Assembly: GCA_902386385.1 (NCBI GenBank)
Contig: CABMIU010000048.1
Span: 1 to 49,309 of the forward strand
Length of the DNA: 49,309 nt
DNA from: an uncultured archaeon
Lineage (GTDB): Archaea; Iainarchaeota; Iainarchaeia; Iainarchaeales; Iainarchaeaceae
Direction: 5' to 3'
Part shown: piece by piece, positions 47,480 to 49,309 of the stretch
Position numbering within the stretch: position 1 is the stretch's first letter
Layout of the letters: the number at the start of each line of letters is the position of its first letter
Notes under the pieces: generated by a model
Databases searched by the model: none
What the model saw: only the letters and a program-made list of their open reading frames with translations
What the model was told of the DNA's origin: nothing
Translations under genes and position numbers: made by a program

Positions 47480-48304
47480 ATGCGTTCAGTTCCGCGATTG
47501 TCCCGCAGGAGAAGATCCAGTTTTTTGTCAAAAAACGCTTTTTTTATTGAACTTTGGCGCACCGTGACTCCGGCTGCAAGAATAGGAAAAAAGGAATTTC
47601 TTGTAGTTGAAGCTTTTAATGATTATGTGGTTGCAATCGATGACATCCTTGACCAATTGGTTCATCCCGACCCCCAGAAAGAGTATTTGGCATACAAGAT
47701 GAATCCTGATGCAAGAAAAAGTGTCGGAGATTTTGTCAGGGCGGTTAAGGGGACCGTACTGACAAAAGAAGAGAAAAGGCAATTGTTCAAAGTTGTGGGC
47801 GATTACCGGAGAAAAGCTTTCCATGTATTGCAAGAATTCTACGCCGATACTCCGCGCCTTGATAAAATCATTAGAATGAAGGAGGAAACTTCAGGAGAAT
47901 GGGGGTGTGCAGCAGTAAAATTGCTCGATATATTGGGGCAGGTGCCGCGAGAAAATAGGCGGTCGGTGGAAGAAGCATTCGCAAATTCATTCATGGCAAC
48001 ACAAATAGCTGATGATTTATTTGACCTCGTGGAAGATACTTCGAGAAAAACGCCCAGCATAGCCGTTGGAATATTCATGGGCCATCCAGACGAGCTGCGG
48101 AATGCACTTTCAATGGAAAAACCGTCCATGCACTTATTCAAAAAACTCTGTCCAAAATCAATTGCCAAAATAATGGATTTATACCGGGGGTATTTGGGCA
48201 AAATTCCGCTATCTGACAACCTTCAGATAATAAGGATTTTTCCCCGGTTATTCATCAATTTTTTGTCGCTTACAAAGCGCAGGCAAAGACTTGCACCGCA
48301 ATAA
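47480..48304 (+). CDS. Class I isoprenoid-synthase/polyprenyl-synthetase-fold protein
   Basis: Two Asp-rich motifs, IDDILD and QIADDLFD, with an intervening KEETS. Start uncertain (47411 or 47480). Confidence 0.7.
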   Translation: MRSVPRLSRRRRSSFLSKNAFFIELWRTVTPAARIGKKEFLVVEAFNDYVVAIDDILDQLVHPDPQKEYLAYKMNPDARKSVGDFVRAVKGTVLTKEEKRQLFKVVGDYRRKAFHVLQEFYADTPRLDKIIRMKEETSGEWGCAAVKLLDILGQVPRENRRSVEEAFANSFMATQIADDLFDLVEDTSRKTPSIAVGIFMGHPDELRNALSMEKPSMHLFKKLCPKSIAKIMDLYRGYLGKIPLSDNLQIIRIFPRLFINFLSLTKRRQRLAPQ

Positions 48305-48398
48305 GGACAAACCGCAAAAAATTCAGCAACCCATCTATGTTGAAATGCCGCTTATCTGAACATTTTTTACCACTATTACCATAAAAAACTTTTGGGGA

Positions 48399-48560
48399 GT
48401 GCCTCCAACAAAACCGTCTATCCGCAGTCTCGTTGAGCTGCACTAGGAACATTTGGTTTGGAGGAGAGCATGCGCTAATCGAAAAACGCGGGTTAAAACC
48501 CGCATGGGTTGCAGAGCGTCTCTGCTCTCTCACCCCCCAAATCCTTGTTACAGTTCCTAA
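48399..48560 (-). ncRNA. Bridge/seek RNA-like guide RNA of the IS
   Basis: Long stem with a symmetric internal loop whose strands GCAACCCAT and TTTTTCGAT match the element flanks; a second stem-loop follows. Confidence 0.7.
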
Positions 48561-49130
48561 CAAGCATCAATGAATTCTTCCCTCCTCTTGAGCATGAAAA
48601 ACATTGCAGTCAGCATTTTCCTCGCAACAGCAATGAGTGCTTTTTTCTTCCCAATCTTCCGCATCTTTTTCAAAAAAAACTTCCTGAACTTCCCCTTTTT
48701 CTTCACGGCCACCCGAGCGCATTGAGTTAAAGCCCAGCGCATTTCCTTCATTCCCTGCTTGCTAATACTGCCGAGAATTGTTTTCTCTCCAGATTGGTAA
48801 ATGCGAGGAGCCAAGCAGGTATAGGAAACAAGCTGCTCGCTAGAGCCAAACGCTCAACCCCGTCAACAAACGAAGAAATGAGCAAGCCGGAAAAATAGCT
48901 CACGCCAGGCATGCTAATCAAGAGCATCGCATCAGGATTTCCAAGAGCTTTTTCTCAATCTGCTTGTTAACCTGATAAAGCATCCGATTGAGATAATCAA
49001 TGTGCTCAAGGCATTGCTCCAAACCTTCTAGGGTGGTAGGGTAACGCTCCCTCAAAACAGGCCTCGCGTTACCATCAATCCTGTGAACCTGAACACTTTC
49101 CTTATGCGAATCAATCGCTGCATATTCCAT
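48557..49130 (-). pseudogene. IS110 transposase pseudogene (internal deletion + frameshifts)
   Basis: AAIDSHK (DEDD start), SMPGVS, APRIYQSG (catalytic Ser motif), SKQG...RWAL, ALIAVARK; most of the RuvC domain is missing. Confidence 0.9.
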
Positions 49131-49187
49131 GACATACCGCCTCCAAACATATTATGCCGAGGCGGCATTTCAAACATGTCATCAAAA

Positions 49188-49309
49188 AGGACCCCTCGCC
49201 ATTTATGGCGAGGTTTTTGCTCGGGGCCCTTTCAACGGTTTGACAAATGAAATATTGGCGTATTATTCAGTTTTGTCAAACCGTTGCCGTTGACGGCTTT
49301 TTATGAGAC
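49188..49309. repeat. 122-bp direct repeat, copy 2
   Basis: Identical to 1-122. Confidence 0.95.

Larger units (their letters stand above)
48332..49183 (-). mobile_element. Defective IS110-family (IS1111-type) insertion sequence
   Basis: Subterminal IRs TTGAAATGCCGC (48340-48351) / GCGGCATTTCAA (49162-49173); CATC at both boundaries; transposase remnant; 3' structured non-coding region. Confidence 0.85.

Noticed and set aside
1-49309. CRISPR array, rRNA, tRNA or provirus
   Set aside because: No regularly spaced repeats, rRNA/tRNA signatures, integrase or viral structural genes recognised.

Overview
This is a 49.3-kb chromosomal segment of an archaeon. Gene content and style suggest DPANN, possibly Ca. 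Iainarchaeota/Diapherotrites (an inference, not a database result). Core genes: taw1, AK6-type adenylate kinase, aCPSF1/FttA-psmB, long-type FKBP, SAM decarboxylase, NAC, Hel308, cdc6/orc1 with ORB-like motifs, sepF, PolD (DP1+DP2), NOG1 GTPase, secF-secD, archaeosortase, carS, sppA, rps3ae and rps15. Interspersed are surface proteins, a likely GATC restriction-modification pair and several orphan genes with Arg/Lys-rich N-termini. The most notable non-routine features are: (1) a decayed IS110/IS1111-type element with subterminal inverted repeats and a downstream bridge/seek-RNA-like hairpin whose internal-loop strands match the DNA flanking the element; (2) a multi-HTH protein with apparent tandem sigma-70 region-2-like domains; (3) an unassigned, highly structured ~220-240 nt GC-rich ncRNA candidate upstream of sepF; (4) a dispersed ~72-bp REP-like repeat; (5) a recoded duplicate of the aCPSF1 C-terminus; (6) a 122-bp palindromic direct repeat at both window ends. 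All calls are by eye; no searches were run.
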